A stretch of 57,672 bases of DNA, filler included, from Circinaria calcarea (Eukaryota), in assembly GCA_051942165.1 (NCBI GenBank). It is 4 parts of 4 records of this genome, joined end to end, with 100 filler letters (N's around TTAATTAATTAA, not from the genome) between each part and the next. Parts side by side here need not be neighbours in the genome. Positions count along the whole stretch, not along the records: positions 1 to 14,352 come from JAVECS010000438.1; positions 14,453 to 28,799 come from JAVECS010000439.1; 2 more parts are not named here. The stretch is one strand, 5' to 3'. The notes below the pieces were generated by a model. That model was given only the letters and a program-made list of their open reading frames with translations, was not told where the DNA came from and did not search any database. The translations under genes and the position numbers were made by a program. Position 1 is the first letter of the stretch. The number at the start of each line of letters is the position of its first letter. Positions 13,759 to 27,960 of the stretch are shown here, piece after piece.

Positions 13759-14163
13759 GTAAGTAGGCTTAGGGGAGTCACTTTCTAAGTGATAAATTTA
13801 CCCCCCGTAGGGAACTGTCAGAGAGAGACACGTTATGATGATTTGATGGTGCAACTCGATTAAGAGTATGCCATCTTACTGGGTCTTTCGTACTCATCTA
13901 TGCCTCTATACTAACTACTATATACTAAAAGGCGAATGTAGAACCGGGGCTGTTGTGTGTCGAGGTCGAGGATGAACAGCAAGCAAGCAAGCCATGATCT
14001 GACTGATTGGCAGCCCCCATTTCCCCCAAGCGCCGTGTGCAATGCATGCGTCTACGCGCTGATGCTCCTTTCTTCGCAAGAAACTCCCCACGCCATGCCC
14101 ATGCCATCGCTAAAGCCGAGCAAAGTAACAGAGAGAGAAAGCCCATGCTGGAGAAGTCCCAGA

Positions 14164-14188
14164 AAGCCAAGCCAAGCCAAGCCAAGCC
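14164..14188 (+). repeat. (AAGCC)5 microsatellite
   Basis: aagccaagccaagccaagccaagcc visible near the end of contig 1. Confidence 0.85.
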
Positions 14189-14352
14189 ATGCAACGAATT
14201 GAAAAGGGGCCACAAAGCCCGATCCCCCCTATTTTTTCTCCCACCGTCCCTCACTCAATCTACGTGCACTGCCTCTCCCTTTCTCTCTCCCTCTCCTCCC
14301 CCCAAACCCGCCGACTCATCTCCAGCACACTCTCGAAGCCCTCCCTGCCCGC

Positions 14353-14452
14353 NNNNNNNNNNNNNNNNNNNNNNNNNNNNNNNNNNNNNNNNNNNNTTAA
14401 TTAATTAANNNNNNNNNNNNNNNNNNNNNNNNNNNNNNNNNNNNNNNNNNNN
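14353..14452. other. Artificial contig linker N44-TTAATTAATTAA-N44
   Basis: 100 nt, with a 12-mer giving stops in all six frames. Confidence 0.99.
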
Positions 14453-15084
14453 GAGGAGCGGTGGGACTGCGAGTGCGGGTGGGGGTGGTTATGGTTCATC
14501 AGGACCGTAGACGCGTTGTTGATATGGGGACTGCTCACGTTGTGCGACATTCGCCTTTGCGGAGGCATTCCGTGGACCTGGGGTACTTGCGACGGTAGCG
14601 GAGGCATTTGAGGAGGCATTTGATTGGAAAGCTGGGGTGGGGAGCGAGGTGCACGTTCAGGCTTGATATTGTTGACCCCAGCCATATGGGGGGAGCCTCG
14701 AGCTAAGCCATCGGCCATGCTGGTCTGTGGCATGTAATGATAGCTAGGACCAGCGGCGGCTGCGGTGGCCATCGCCGCGGCCGCCTGGCCTGGGGTTATG
14801 CCGTACGGCTGTTGCATGCTTGGAGGTCCGATGCCGTACTGAGGGTTATAGATCGGTGGTTGATGCGATTGCGGCGGCTGCGGTTGGTATTGCGACCCTT
14901 GGGACGGTAATATAGGCGAGGCTTGATGGTTTGGGTGCTGTTGATGTATGTGTGGCGCATGGTGGTTTGGTGGAGAGGTTATCGAAGAAGGCGGTGGTTG
15001 TTGCGAGTTCTGATAACCACCTTGGAGATGTGTCGAGTGATGTTGTTGTCCGTGAGACGGCTGATATTGCGCGTAGTCCATCAT
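14453..15084 (-). CDS. hapB: CCAAT-binding complex subunit HapB/Hap2/NF-YA, N-terminal part (truncated by contig end)
   Basis: MMDYAQYQ..HQASPIL..YGITPGQAAAMATAAAAG..RGSPHM..IKPERAPRSPPQ..QRRMSH resembles the Aspergillus HapB N-terminus as I recall it. The DNA-binding domain is beyond the gap. Confidence 0.8.
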
Positions 15085-18053
15085 GTGTGATATGTCCCCA
15101 ACGGGACGGGTTCACGGTGAGTTGGTGAGCAGGTCGCGAGGATGCGCTGAGGAGTCAACGAGCCAATCTGCTGGCGGTGGGCACCGGTGTTTGGAGCGTG
15201 GCGTTTGACGTTTATAGAACAGGCGGAAGCTTCAGCGTTTCGTGCGGCGGGAAGCCGGGATAGTGAATACTATTGGAGGAGACTTCTGTCCAGTCGCAGG
15301 CTGGGTCTCGAGGGCAGGGATTGTTGAGGATTGGATTGGGTATCGAGCGCGAAACGTTTAACCTTAATCAATATCTTGTCGACATCGAAGCCTGGGAATG
15401 ATATTGGATAGGTGGAAGATTGATCGTTCTTGTGAGGAATCAAGACTTGGCCTACCTGATACCCACGGCGGACAAGACTCAATCGAGGGCAAGAAGTCGA
15501 CAATGGGGGAATTGTTGAGTGTTTTGTCGAAGGTCAAATGTCAGACGTCGGGTTGCAGGGCGAATTGGGCCTCTCTGCAGTGACGGGGCGACAGCTGGTA
15601 TGCGCTGTCCGTTGTTCGGAAACGACAAATTGAGCCTCAGTGCCGGGGTGGAGGGGACCGCCGCAATCTTTTCGATGAGGCGAAAGTCAAGGGTGATGGA
15701 TTCGCTCAATATACTGCGCAGGCCGCCAATACTTGTTAGCAAGGATGGAGCCTATAAATGCATGCGTCAATTGGAAGCTTTGGGCGAGCCAGCATGAACG
15801 TTCGATGAGGCGGTCACATCCCGCGCACCATGCAGTGCCAGCGCATCATGCATCCCCCGACGTACCTAGTATAATCTGCCTTTTCACCGTGCAGTGTTCT
15901 CCCAACGCTCTCTCGTTCCGGTGCGACAATCAGCAGTGACGTTCGAGTTGAACTATGCCTGCGATTGACCTGGTAAATGGGCACGTCGTGGGGTTTATCT
16001 GTTGTGGTTCATATGCCCTCCCTCCCACAGGCGCTTGTAACGCGATCGGGTATGGCGAATCCTCCTCGAAAGGACGGTCGAGTTTATGCGACAGCCGTGT
16101 AACTGCACAATGGCTTGGGGGGCAGGCAATGGTGATCTGAGATGGATTGATACTATGAATGCAGTGTAATTGTCAGTAATTGCGTCACGCCTCGCCGTCG
16201 CGGTTGGGCATTCGAGGGATTCGGCGTCGTGGCCCATCACCGCGCACCTGGGAAGACTAACCGTGGGACCTGAATTGGAAGAATCCCTCACCCGGTACGA
16301 AAGCCGGTGACTGGTCCAGGAGCGATGCGAGCACGATGCGAACTGGGGCCACCAACGGTCACCTGACTCTGTGTGGGATGCTCGGGTCTGGAGACTATGG
16401 CAAATTCGTCCGATAAATGTTTGGCTGTGTTTGGGAGCGCGAGTCGCTATTCTGCACCACGATTGGTGATAGGTGACATCTGCTGCATGGAAGATCACCC
16501 GTGGGGTTTCCAGTACCTTATTGTGATACGGCTATGTGATTCGTGAAGCTGTCGATGCTCCTTGATTGGAGTGCAGAGCGAGCCACTGACGCTCGCAAGA
16601 TCCGGGTGAAAGCCCTGAGACTTGGGCTAGCGGCTTGAAGGGCTTGTTGGCACTACCAGTATGCAATTGTCGGTAGCTTCTGCTGGCCACCGACTAAGCA
16701 CTGATTGGAGGAACCTTTCGAATCGGCCTTTGGCTCTGATTCGGCAAAAATCTCCTCCAACGCCCAATGGCAACTTGACGGTACGGGGCGGCGGAAGGAA
16801 GAAAAGAGACGAAGAGAACAATCTCAACGGGTCGAGAAGAAAGATGGTGACGGGCGCAGGGAGGGGGGAGGTTTACGTGTTGTGTGAGTGGAAAGTCGGT
16901 GAGGGGGACGAGGGAAGGCTCTGCAATAGGGACAAATTGCCCCCGATCGAAGATCTGCGGGTATCCACAGCGCCTAGGCCGACTGCACGTGCCGAGAAGG
17001 CGAAGGATGCTGCTGGACTGAAGGAGAGGGAAAGTGGAGCGAGCTGCGGTACTCCGTATGGTAAAGGATTTACTCGTGTCTGAGGCTGCAGGTGTATTTG
17101 TATACTATCTATCTCCTGCATTTCTCTCCATTGAAATTAAATCCGCCGGCTGAATTCTTTGATTCGTCGGGCGCGCTTGGAATAAAATGCCTCATCGGCC
17201 AACCAGATGTAAGCGCCCGTTGACAGGATTTATTTCTGTGACAGGGACACCTCCCAATCTCGACTACCCCAGACCCTGACATCTCTTTCTCTTCCCCCTT
17301 GGCCGACTCCTCCGTATTGTTATCATTGAATCATTTAATCGCCCGCGTCCGGGTGTCCCGTGGCCCCTGTCATCCTGCCTCTGGATCGACGACTGCAGCC
17401 TTTTTTCCCTTCTAGCCTTTCCGTCGGCTATAGCACATGCATGACATCCTCACCCTAGCTGCAGGCCGTGTCGAGAGAGTGCTGCCGTGTAATGCGAAAT
17501 CATGTCCGACTAATGGGCTCAACTCAAGCCACCGGGAACTCTGGCTCGTATTCGAACCCCAAATTCCTCCGTCATCCGGAGCTCCATATGCGCAGTATAC
17601 CTCGCCGCACGGAGCAAACAACCCGGTTTGATCGAGTGCCTGGGTACGGGGTATAGATGGTAGACGTGACCCGGGATAAGGCTACGGAACGGCTACGAAG
17701 GGTAACATCAAAGTCTTCTTACCGGGGGCCAATGGAAATGGAACAGTAGAAAGTTGTCCGATCATTGGCCGAAGCTACGCCGTTTCATGCAAAATCAAAC
17801 CGGCCGTCAAGGACTTCAGGCCCAGTAAACCCACGCTAGCATTCGACGACTAGCACAGTAGCCGACTGAACAAATGCCAAACTCATCTTGACAGGCGTGA
17901 CAGGGCGAACCGGGAAAACAGAGATCTACCGGAGACAAATCTGCAGACGAATCTGGTGCCCTGGTAAAGACGATGACTCGTTGATCTCGGGGACTGCTTG
18001 TGACGTTTAAGCGCCGGGAAGCCAGCTTGCAGACCGTCGACCACTGGCCCTCC

Positions 18054-19915
18054 CTATTCCTCGTCCTCATTGCCTTCGTTGATTACCTCGCCTTCATCCT
18101 CCCCTTCCTCGAAGGTACCTGGCGGCACTTCGTACAGCCGGAGCAGTGGCTTATTGGGGTCCTTGACCAGTACGTACTTTCCTTCGCTCATCTTAAGGCA
18201 CATATCCACAATAGTCCTTACGATACCCCAGCCATTGGCCAGATTAAGGTTCATCTGCTCTGCAAATTTCCGCGGGTCGTAGCCAACCACGCCTAAAATG
18301 ACATGCCGATCATTCGATTTGGGCGTTGCCCGAGAGACGAACCTTTATAACGTTAGCATAATCGGATAATTAAACCGAAGCATTTGGTAGAAGAGCTCAC
18401 CCAAGCTTCATTATGTCTGCCTTGGCCAAGATACTTTGCACGGTCCACCTAGCTAACTTGCAGCTATTGTTCTTCATCTCAGTAGCGACCACAGCACCCC
18501 TCTGACTCGTCAACTTGGTTCTCCAGTCCAAGGCGCCACCGCTCCCTTGTGCCTTGTGGTCGAACTCGTTAAGCGCCTTCACCGTTAGAAACTGATCCTC
18601 CCCACTGATGTTGTTCTTCATAACCGCATCAAGCTCGGTACGAACAATCAGGTGGAGGGGGTCTTCGTCCTTCTCGAGCGAGAGGTCGAATCTCCGATAC
18701 TTATATGCCTTTGAAGCAAGAGGCTCTGTCTCTTCGGAGGGATTATAAAAAGGGTTCTCATGGGCCATTTCGTATTTGGACGTTTCCGACTCCATAACCG
18801 TCTGGTTCGCGAAGTTGTGGTTGATAAAGGTGGCCTCGAGGGCAAGCGCACCGGGAAAATTAATGGTCTCTTTATTTCCTTCGGATGCCTCCAGTGGCGC
18901 ATCAGCTGCGTTTTCATTCACGCTTACCAGGTCCAAAGAAGCTCCTTCACGCTTGTCTAGATAAACCTTGTTCCCATGCCGTGTGATTACCAAGTCCCAG
19001 GAGTAGACTGAACGTGGAGCGCACATTAGCATCGAAAGTATGTTGTCTGTCGCAAAGATGGTCGCTTCGTCCTTTTCAGCGAGTTCTTGGATGATAGGAT
19101 CGGAGGAGGTCGAGACATTGTAGGCAGCTCGGTCAACCACGTTGAGTTTCCTTTCTGTGTTCTTCACAGGAGGTTTATCGTAAGAACGGTCGTAGTAGTA
19201 CAGAAAGCCATACGTATCGATATCCTCTCCGGCGCTGGTCTCGAGATTGAGCTTTGCTAGGCGATTGAAGTCGATTTCTTCGAGCATATGCCAGTCGGGT
19301 TTGATGTTGACGGAAGAGTCCCGATTCCTTTGTGGTTTATCGTAGTCCTTCCAACCAAATCTACGACCACGGCCACCGCGCCCACCGCGATTATCGTAGT
19401 ATCCGCCCTGCTGACCACCGCGACCTTGCCCCACCCTTTGGAACGTGCCCCGTCCTCCACGTTGATCACGGCCGCCACGACCCCGACCACGAAAGATAGT
19501 CCCTCCGCCACGCCCAAATCCACGAGTTTTCGTCGATGTACGGGTATTATCAACCACTGAGAACGACGACTCGTCTTCGGCAACCTGAACGGCGAAGAGA
19601 CTTGAGGTACCTGCTCCATACACTTGCTGGTCTGCCATGTAATCAGCAGTTATCCTACAACACCCATCCTCCCGACTTTCTTCTATAGTGTAGTAATGTA
19701 CCTCTGTAATTTCTGTTGTATTGCTGTCGCCCACCTCTACCGTCCCGACCGTCTTTGCCCTCCGACGTCCAATCCGCCATCCGTCCCAACTTGTCTCCCT
19801 TCGAATATGGCGCATAAGGTACTCCATCGACGAGAGCTTCGCTGGTTGTAGTTGGGCCCCATGATTCTTCTGATGGTAGTGACGAGATAATATCTGCGAG
19901 AGAGGTAGGCGCCAT
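18054..19915 (-). CDS. eIF3d: Translation initiation factor eIF3 subunit D (Moe1)
   Basis: [24 protein letters not shown]-rich segment, [51 protein letters not shown]; two introns. Confidence 0.96.
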
Positions 19916-22237
19916 GTTGCGATGGATTTTTGAAATCTCTATATCAAATTTGCTTCATCGAACATTTATTGAGTGGGGATTGATCATGGTGAACTCTTGG
20001 CACGGCTAGGGCTGAGCCAGCGGAAGCTATTGAGCGCCGATCCGAGCTATGAGGCTGATAGGGATCAGATAGGAGTATGCCATCCCTTTAATGAATGAAT
20101 ATTTAAGTCCCATGCACCCCAAACTATCAAATCCAGTCATCCAATTTCCACATTACGAAAAGCCTTTCCTGCAAATGTCTCGGGTTGATTGGAAATATGG
20201 GAACTTTCGCATGAGCAGCCTGACCTTCACATAGGTTAAAAGACATGTAGTATCCAAAATAGAAAGGTATGGTAAGGACATTAGGGGAACCTTTTGAGGT
20301 TGATATTGCCGCCACTCCGTATCTTACGGCGATTACTGTTATCCATACATTATATTTGATGGATTTCAGGATCTCCTTGAGAGCCTAAGTCAGTATTGTT
20401 GGAAGACAAGGAATGGCTTAATGGTATGATTCACAATAATAGACCTCTCCATTTTTCTTCTGATTTCACCCAACAACGGAGTCTGTCTAGTTCCAAAACA
20501 AGAAGACATCCAACTCCCTCATGATAACACCCTCAATGCTGTAAAGGTTGCACCCCCTTGATATGCATGCGGACCCTTTTGATCATTATCCAGGAACAAC
20601 TCTAGTATTTCAAAGGATGTAGGGTTAGCCAACATTTCCTCCCCCGGCGGCTGCCGATACAGAGTGGAGACGTACCTTGCGCACTCGATATTGGACTGCA
20701 TTATCGCAGACTATCACATTGATATCCAAAATGAAAGCCGGCCTTAGCGACTGGATGCCCGCAGGATAGGCCGATGTACTCGGCAAGAATTCCGATGGAA
20801 CGTATCACTAGATAGCTACGATCGAGAGGGTTGCAAGCTAATGCTAGGCCCCTTTGGTGTCTAGGAGGATTAACGCATCTCGCTTCAGTCGGTTTCAAGA
20901 ATTGAACGAGGAAAATCTCCTGTACTCCGTACGTACTATATTACTAGCCGCGTTATCGAGCTGAAGAAAGAGAATATGTCGGCAAGAGACGGAGATAATA
21001 AGCGATGAGGCGTTGAATACCTCTGGACTCGATACTTTCTCCGCAATACGGAGCGGTATTGTGCTTGAATTCCATGAAGCTGCTGGTTGAGGTTTTATCG
21101 TGATAATCACCAAGTCATTAGCGGCGGTTGTCTGCCTCGAATAGAAATGGGTAATAGAGGTGGGGGAGTGAGATGTGCACACTCAAAAGGAAGGTACTCT
21201 GTACCTTTTAAGATCCCCACGGCAAGCACCGATTCGAGGGGATTGCTTCGTGCTAACCCCACACTGCTGATTACACGTACAGTTTGCTCTGCAGTAGTGT
21301 CGGCAAGTGGAGGTCCTGTACATTACCATACTCGGCATAGATCTTGCATAGCAATATGCGTGCAGTCGTAAGAACTGTGATTAGAAATGAATGAGGGGAA
21401 GAATAAATGGTTTCGCGAACGAACTCAACGCATCCCCTGTTTATCCTTCAACATCCGACACTTTGGAAGAAGATCGTGCAAAACATCCACAGCATAACAT
21501 CACGGTCAAGGCATTATCCTGAACGACCAGCTCCCGATGTTTGACCTTTGCGATTCATGAATAAAGTAGGAGGGTGTGTTCCGAGAACTCGAGGTAGGCT
21601 CTCCCATGAAAGCAAAGAGTGGGTAGCCCGTAGTCGAGGATACTGTAGATGATGAATAATCAGCAGACACCAAGGAGGCGTCGTTGGTTCACTTGCCGTG
21701 TAGTTGGTCCTGTCAGATACGGATTGCAGGCGAGAGAAGATAGTTGCACGCTGGCCTTGTTGGTGCTCTGCCACTAGTTCCAAGCAGAACCCGCCGGCAC
21801 CTCTCGTTTCCAAAATTTTTAAGCTTTTGATGCTACGGTACCCCTCCTCCGTGGAAGTTCCTCTCTCCACCCGCTCACCACGAACTTCACTCCGCTGCCT
21901 TCTCCAACTTCTGTACGTGTCATATCAGTATATAGATCAGTCGAGTTACTGAACTACAAATCCAGATGCCAAAAGCTACTCTCGGTCATCTCCTACTCTG
22001 AACACGATGCGCTGCTAGCGGAGCCGGGAGCGTCTGCCTTCGTTAGCCTCAGCTATTCCAAGAACTCAGTGGATACTTGCACCAGCAAACGAACCTTATA
22101 CCAGTGCTCTCTATAAAGGCTGGTGCCAGTCCTGCATCATGCAACAACGAACACAAATGTGACCAGACCTTGTTGCTTCCTTCGGGCTCTTGGAAGCGAC
22201 AGAACACATATGATATCGTGCCGCAGAGGCCCTGAAG

Positions 22238-25200
22238 ATGGCTGACGACCTAGGATCTAACAGACAGTTCCTTACTCCACCAGTGCTCCCGGCTCCGCGG
22301 AAGCACGAGTCTGGGCGGGGACACCTGGAGAGGACCGCAAGCATGGACATGCGCGAGGAGCGTGAGGACTTGAAGGAAGCGGCTGAGCAGTCGATGAATG
22401 TGATACTGGATCTCAGCATGGATGGGACTGTACGCTGGGTCAGTCCGTCTTGGAGAGATGTCATCGGCACGCCTGTCGAATTGGTGCAAGGCAAGCCTAT
22501 TGGGGAGACAATCATACTGGACGATGGTTATCCGAATGGCTTCTCTGACGCTATAGAACTCATGAAGAAAGACGACTCGAGAAGCCAAATCGTTCGTTTC
22601 AAAGTTCGCCTGGGCCCTTCCTCTCTACTGCGCCAGGATTCAGCTGAGGCAGCCCTTCAGGGAGAGGAGGAGAGTTTACGGGGGGAAGAGTTTGAGCAGG
22701 AGGGGGCCAGAGATGAACTACTCAGTCTGGAAGGACAGGGGATTATGGTTCATGATAGATCCTCTAGCGGCGAGAGCCATGTAAGCCTCCCTTGGCCCTT
22801 GAGATTTGACGCTATTTCTCAGACTGACCTACATAGACTATGTGGATGATTCGACCTCCTACTCGGCTTAGAGAAATCACAATTGACTTACCCCGAATGC
22901 TAGTCGACTCCCTCGGATTCGGCGCAGAAGTACTTGCGAACTACCTAACTGCATTACCAGAGATCGGCATGAATGATCCTGCAAATCATCCACCCCCACT
23001 CCCGGTCCTTTGCCGTATATGTGAACGCCAGGTTACACCCTGGTGGTTTGAGAAGCATTCTGATCTCTGTCTCCAAGAACACCGAGCAGAGATGGAAGTT
23101 CAATTAGCCCATGAAGGATTGATGGACCATCGCAGCGCCATCGTCAAGGTCCTCGACGCCCTTGAAGCACGCAAAGGCCGTCTTACGTCTACTGATCAAT
23201 CCCCATCTCCGAGCCCACCGGCAGAGTATAAAGGGTTTCCTATCGGACCGATTTCAGCTCCTTCGTCTGGTTCAACGTCGGGAAGGGCTTCTCCTGCCAC
23301 TCCACCACGCTCTCGAGAACGGTCAAGAACTGGTTTCGGCCATACACGCACACGATCCTTTGCTGTTCGACGTCCACTCTCTAGAATTGTCGAGTTAATA
23401 CTCGATCTGTGTGACACTGCAATTGAGATTAAGACTCCAATAATCAGCGAAAGCCGACAAACGTTGGATGGGGAATTCAGAACCCAGTCACCTGGGTCTG
23501 AATCTCGAATATCTCAGGTTCTAGGCTGGCAGACACCCAGTAGCAATACCTTGGAGAACGAGCAAGGCCTAGCAATGCTGAGTACGGATACCGAGAATTT
23601 AGCCAGGTCAAAAGTAGAGGCCATTATAAGACACAGGAGGGTGATCGAATACTCGGAACGGATTCGTGTTGAGTTCCATATGCTTGTCCAGGATTGCATC
23701 AATGCTGCGGTCCGTAAGGCTGCCGATATTAGAGAAGGTCAGCTTAGCGATTCTGCCGGAGAGGAAGACGAAATGGATACACCCGCACCTCAGACAGCTA
23801 CCTTCTTTACTGGTTCCTATGACGGGCCATCAGCAATGGCCACGGCATTAGGGGATACTGCGGACCTCCCTATAAGTTCCCGCTTGCTTAGGAGGCAGTC
23901 CGCTGCAATATCTTCGAGGTCGAGTAGCCCAATGGAATGTCCAACACCGCGCACCAATACTCACGTGGTCGGGCTTTTAGAACACTCACAATCGCTAAGT
24001 AAACGTGCATCACTTTATGGTGGTAGCGATGCCGGCGACAGCGACTGTAGTTTACCCTCTTCAGTATTCTCCGGTGCAAGACGAACAGAGTCCCCAGGAT
24101 CGGAGCAAGCTTTAGGCCGCTCGTTGAGCTCTCGAGAGCGTAAGCGGAAAAGCCTAAAACTTCCTGGTGTGCCTTCGCCGCATCGGCAACAATCGCCCGC
24201 GAGAATGGCGGCACCATCTTCACCATTAAGGCTATCTAAGCCGCGGATACCTAGCGGTCCAGAGCTTTTACCATCCCCTATTACATCGCCCTTGCTTTCA
24301 AATACGGAGTTGTCTTCACCCATGGTAAGCTCGCACAGGCACCGCAGAAAATCTTCTGCAGCATCTTCTGCGGATGCAATGAGACCGCCCATATCTCCAA
24401 GGTTAGCAGCATTGAGTCAGCCTCAAAGTAGGGCAGTACCTACTTCCATCAAAGACTTCGAGATCATTAAGCCAATTAGCAAAGGGGCTTTTGGCAGTGT
24501 CTATTTATCTAAGAAAAAATCAACCGGCGATTACTTTGCTATCAAGGTACTAAAGAAGGCCGACATGGTTGCTAAGAACCAAGTCACGAACGTGAAAGCC
24601 GAGAGAGCCATCATGATGTGGCAAGGGGAGAGTGACTTCGTTGCTAAGCTATACTGGACCTTCTCGAGTAAAGACTATCTATACTTGGTGATGGAGTACC
24701 TAAATGGGGGTGACTGTGCATCGTTGGTCAAAGTCTTAGGTGGATTATCCGAGGATTGGGCTAAGAAATATCTTGGAGAAGTAGTTCTCGGTGTTGAGCA
24801 TCTACACAGTCGAGGAATTGTGCACCGGGATCTAAAGCCAGATAATCTCCTCATAGACCAAAAAGGTCATTTGAAGTTAACTGATTTCGGCTTGTCGCGG
24901 ATGGGCCTTGTTGGACGTCAGAAACGACTATGGAAAAGTCCGAATGATTCTGCTCCAGACCTGCTAAAGCATGGTCCATTTACCCGTCTACCTTCCATGA
25001 CATCTTCAAGGTCGGCCTCCTTCGACTTTCAGGGTACACACTCACCAACCTCTACACCTGTTATGACGCCAGATCTCGCTGGCTCTCTAGGTCAACCCTC
25101 CTATTTCAACTTGAACCGGGATAGTGTTTTAAGCCGTGAACATCCGAGGCGAACGTCAGGCTATCGTAGCGATAGTGGCACGAGTGATACCTTCAACTCT

Positions 25201-27960
25201 ATGTTCAAGAATTTCTCCCTTAATGATGAACAGCTGCAGAGAGGTATCCCCATCGAAGAAGAAGCCAACGAAAATGGTGGTGAATCCCCTGATCCTTATA
25301 TTCTCCACCCAATGATAAGCAATACAAGTACTAGTCTGTACCTCAATACGCCACCGCAGACTAGCATGCTACCTCCTCCAATGGCACTTTTTGACCCGGA
25401 CGATCATAACCGACGATTTGTGGGCACGCCTGACTATTTAGCACCAGAAACAATTAACGGACTAGGTCAAGACGAGATGAGTGATTGGTGGTCAACGGGC
25501 TGCATACTGTTTGAGTTTCTTTTTGGCTATCCTCCATTCCATGCCGAGACGCCGGACAAGGTATTCGAAAACATCTTGGCTCGGAAAATTGACTGGCCTT
25601 CAGATGATGACTGCCCGGTCTCAGACGAGGCAAAAGATCTTATGCTTCGGCTCATGACCGTCAACTCGAAGGAACGGCTTGGTGCAAATATGTCCGAAAA
25701 GTATGGATCGGGCGGCGAAGAAATCAGAAGCCATCCATGGTTCAAATGTATCAATTGGAACACCTTACTCGAAGATGAAGCCCAGTTTGTTCCAGCCCCG
25801 GAGAATCCGGAGGATACAGAGTACTTCGACAACCGAGGAGCGACGCTACAGGCATTTGCTGAGGAGTTAGAGGATCAGGCTTCGTCTCCCGCCCCAACGC
25901 CTGGTGCAGACTACCCGGAGAGGCCCCATGACGCTCTTTCAAGGATCCGGACTCAAGTCAATTCGATGAAGCGAGGTTTAATGCCACTGCACATTCCAGC
26001 TCACGTTCGAGATAGCCGTAGGCGCCAGAGTGAGCCAGTGGCTAACGACGATTTTGGGAATTTTGCTTTCAAAAACTTGCCCGTTCTAGAAAAAGCGAAC
26101 AAAGATGTGATACAGAAGTTACGAGCGGAAGCGCTGCAGACGCAGCCGAAGTGTTCCTTGCCTCCCATTGCCTCGAGTAACTCTCCTGCACCATCGCTTG
26201 AGTGCTCTCCACTTTTACCATCGCCGCTGAAGCGTACATTATCGGCACATAAAGTGAATAACAGGCCTGCGTCACCGTCTAATCTTAGCCAAGCCAACTC
26301 GTCGCCAAACAGAGCCTCGCAACCGACGTCCCCACTTCTTGTGTCGTTCTCTACTGGGCAATACCACGAAAGGAGGAAAACTTCTAGCGCGTCATCAACG
26401 TTGTCTCACCAATCCAGTGCATCATTGCAACCCGGAAGTTTCTTTGAACCACCACGCCTTGTTACGGGTATCTCCAGCATATCAAGCACTTCCTCTCCAA
26501 TCAAAACAGCTCGAATACCAGGGCCAATGCAAGTATCATCACCAGAGAAGGGCCTTGCTCCACAGAGAGTACCCAGTCTCCCACTCTCGCGAGCAAGATC
26601 GCAGACTGTGGGTTCACAGGAAGGTGACGTCCAACCACCTAGACCGTATAGCCATCACAAGCGCAGGAGCCAAGCTTTTGATGTGTCTCCCTCCTCGTCC
26701 GATAATGAAGATTCTCGGGTAAAGGCGTTGCTTCGCGTACAGCGTCGGAGGCAAAGCTCAAGGAGGATGTCCCAAATCACACTGGCCGATGGGCCTGCCT
26801 TCCATGCTCTCGATATCCTGATATGTGAAGACCATCCCGTTTCCAGGCTTGTAATGGAACGCTTGCTGGAGAGGCTACGATGTCGTACTATCACAGTCGT
26901 TAACGGACCCGATGCTGTGAGATATGCCACAGGTGAAGTGCAATTCGATATCATCATGATGGAGGTGAAATTGCCGCAGATGAACGGTCCAGACGTGGCG
27001 CGTATGATAAGAGACACTAAGAGTAAAAATACCCAGACACCTATTATTGCGGTTACTGGTTATCTTAAAGAACTTCCTGAGAACCATCACTTTGATTCAT
27101 TGATCGAGAAACCACCCACCCTGGAAAAACTTACCGAAGTATTAAGCAACTTGTGCACGTGGAAACCTCCACCACCTGATTACAACCCAGATATGCCACA
27201 TGTTGCACCATCAGGACTTCGACAAGAGTCTCGCCATACAGATGACAGCCCAAGCTCGCAATCATCAGGACCATTCACTCGCATGCCCCCAGGCTCCTTT
27301 CGCGGATCGAGCCGAGAGGACTCCATCAGCTCCAGTTTTTTTGGAGACATTGATGCAACAGCCGCAGAAGTTGGTCCTGTGATTATTAGTCACCAGGGAG
27401 ACGATTGGTCTAGTGGCCTCGGTATCACAGACGATTCAAATGATCCAAAAATGTTCATCCATCCAGGGCTCCCACATCTACTTCATCACAATTCGGCGCC
27501 ACCAACTCTAGCACTGCAATCACCTAGAAAACAACCGTCTACCGAGTCTATTCGAGCAAAGCGGGAAAGTATAGAGAAGAAACGTCATGAATGTGCGGAA
27601 TCTGGAGACGACGAAGATGAAGAGCTCGCCCAACCAAAAAGCCCCGGGACCAAGGCTCGTGGGTCCAAACTTGCCATAGAAATGATGAGGACCACTAGTC
27701 GTGGAAGTGTTATATCCAGGTCCGAAGAGGTTCAAAAGGAGGATTATCTTTCATCTTCCAAGCCTACGACGCAAGATGAGCATAACTCTCACCATGCTTC
27801 AATCGTTCCTCCTGAAATTTTCTCCAAGGATGCCGCCGGCCATGTAGCTAAAGATATCGACATGGACGCTACCCCTCGTCAATCAACTGCACAGGTATTG
27901 AATCAAAACAAAACGTCTCCTATGGACTCCTCTCCCTCACCAATTCCGCGGCTTAGATGA
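22238..27960 (+). CDS. RIM15: Rim15/Cek1 (Greatwall-like) Ser/Thr kinase with PAS, C2HC Zn finger, split kinase and receiver domains
   Basis: PAS exon 22238-22780, intron 22781-22836, CRICERQVTPWWFEKHSDLC, IKPISKGAFGSV, HRDLKPDN, DFGLS, a long insert, FVGTPDYLAPE and REC ILICEDHPVS. Confidence 0.97.

Noticed and set aside
14007..14408. ORFs running into N-runs and ending in LIN or N
   Set aside because: They end in the artificial TTAATTAATTAA linker, so they are artefacts.
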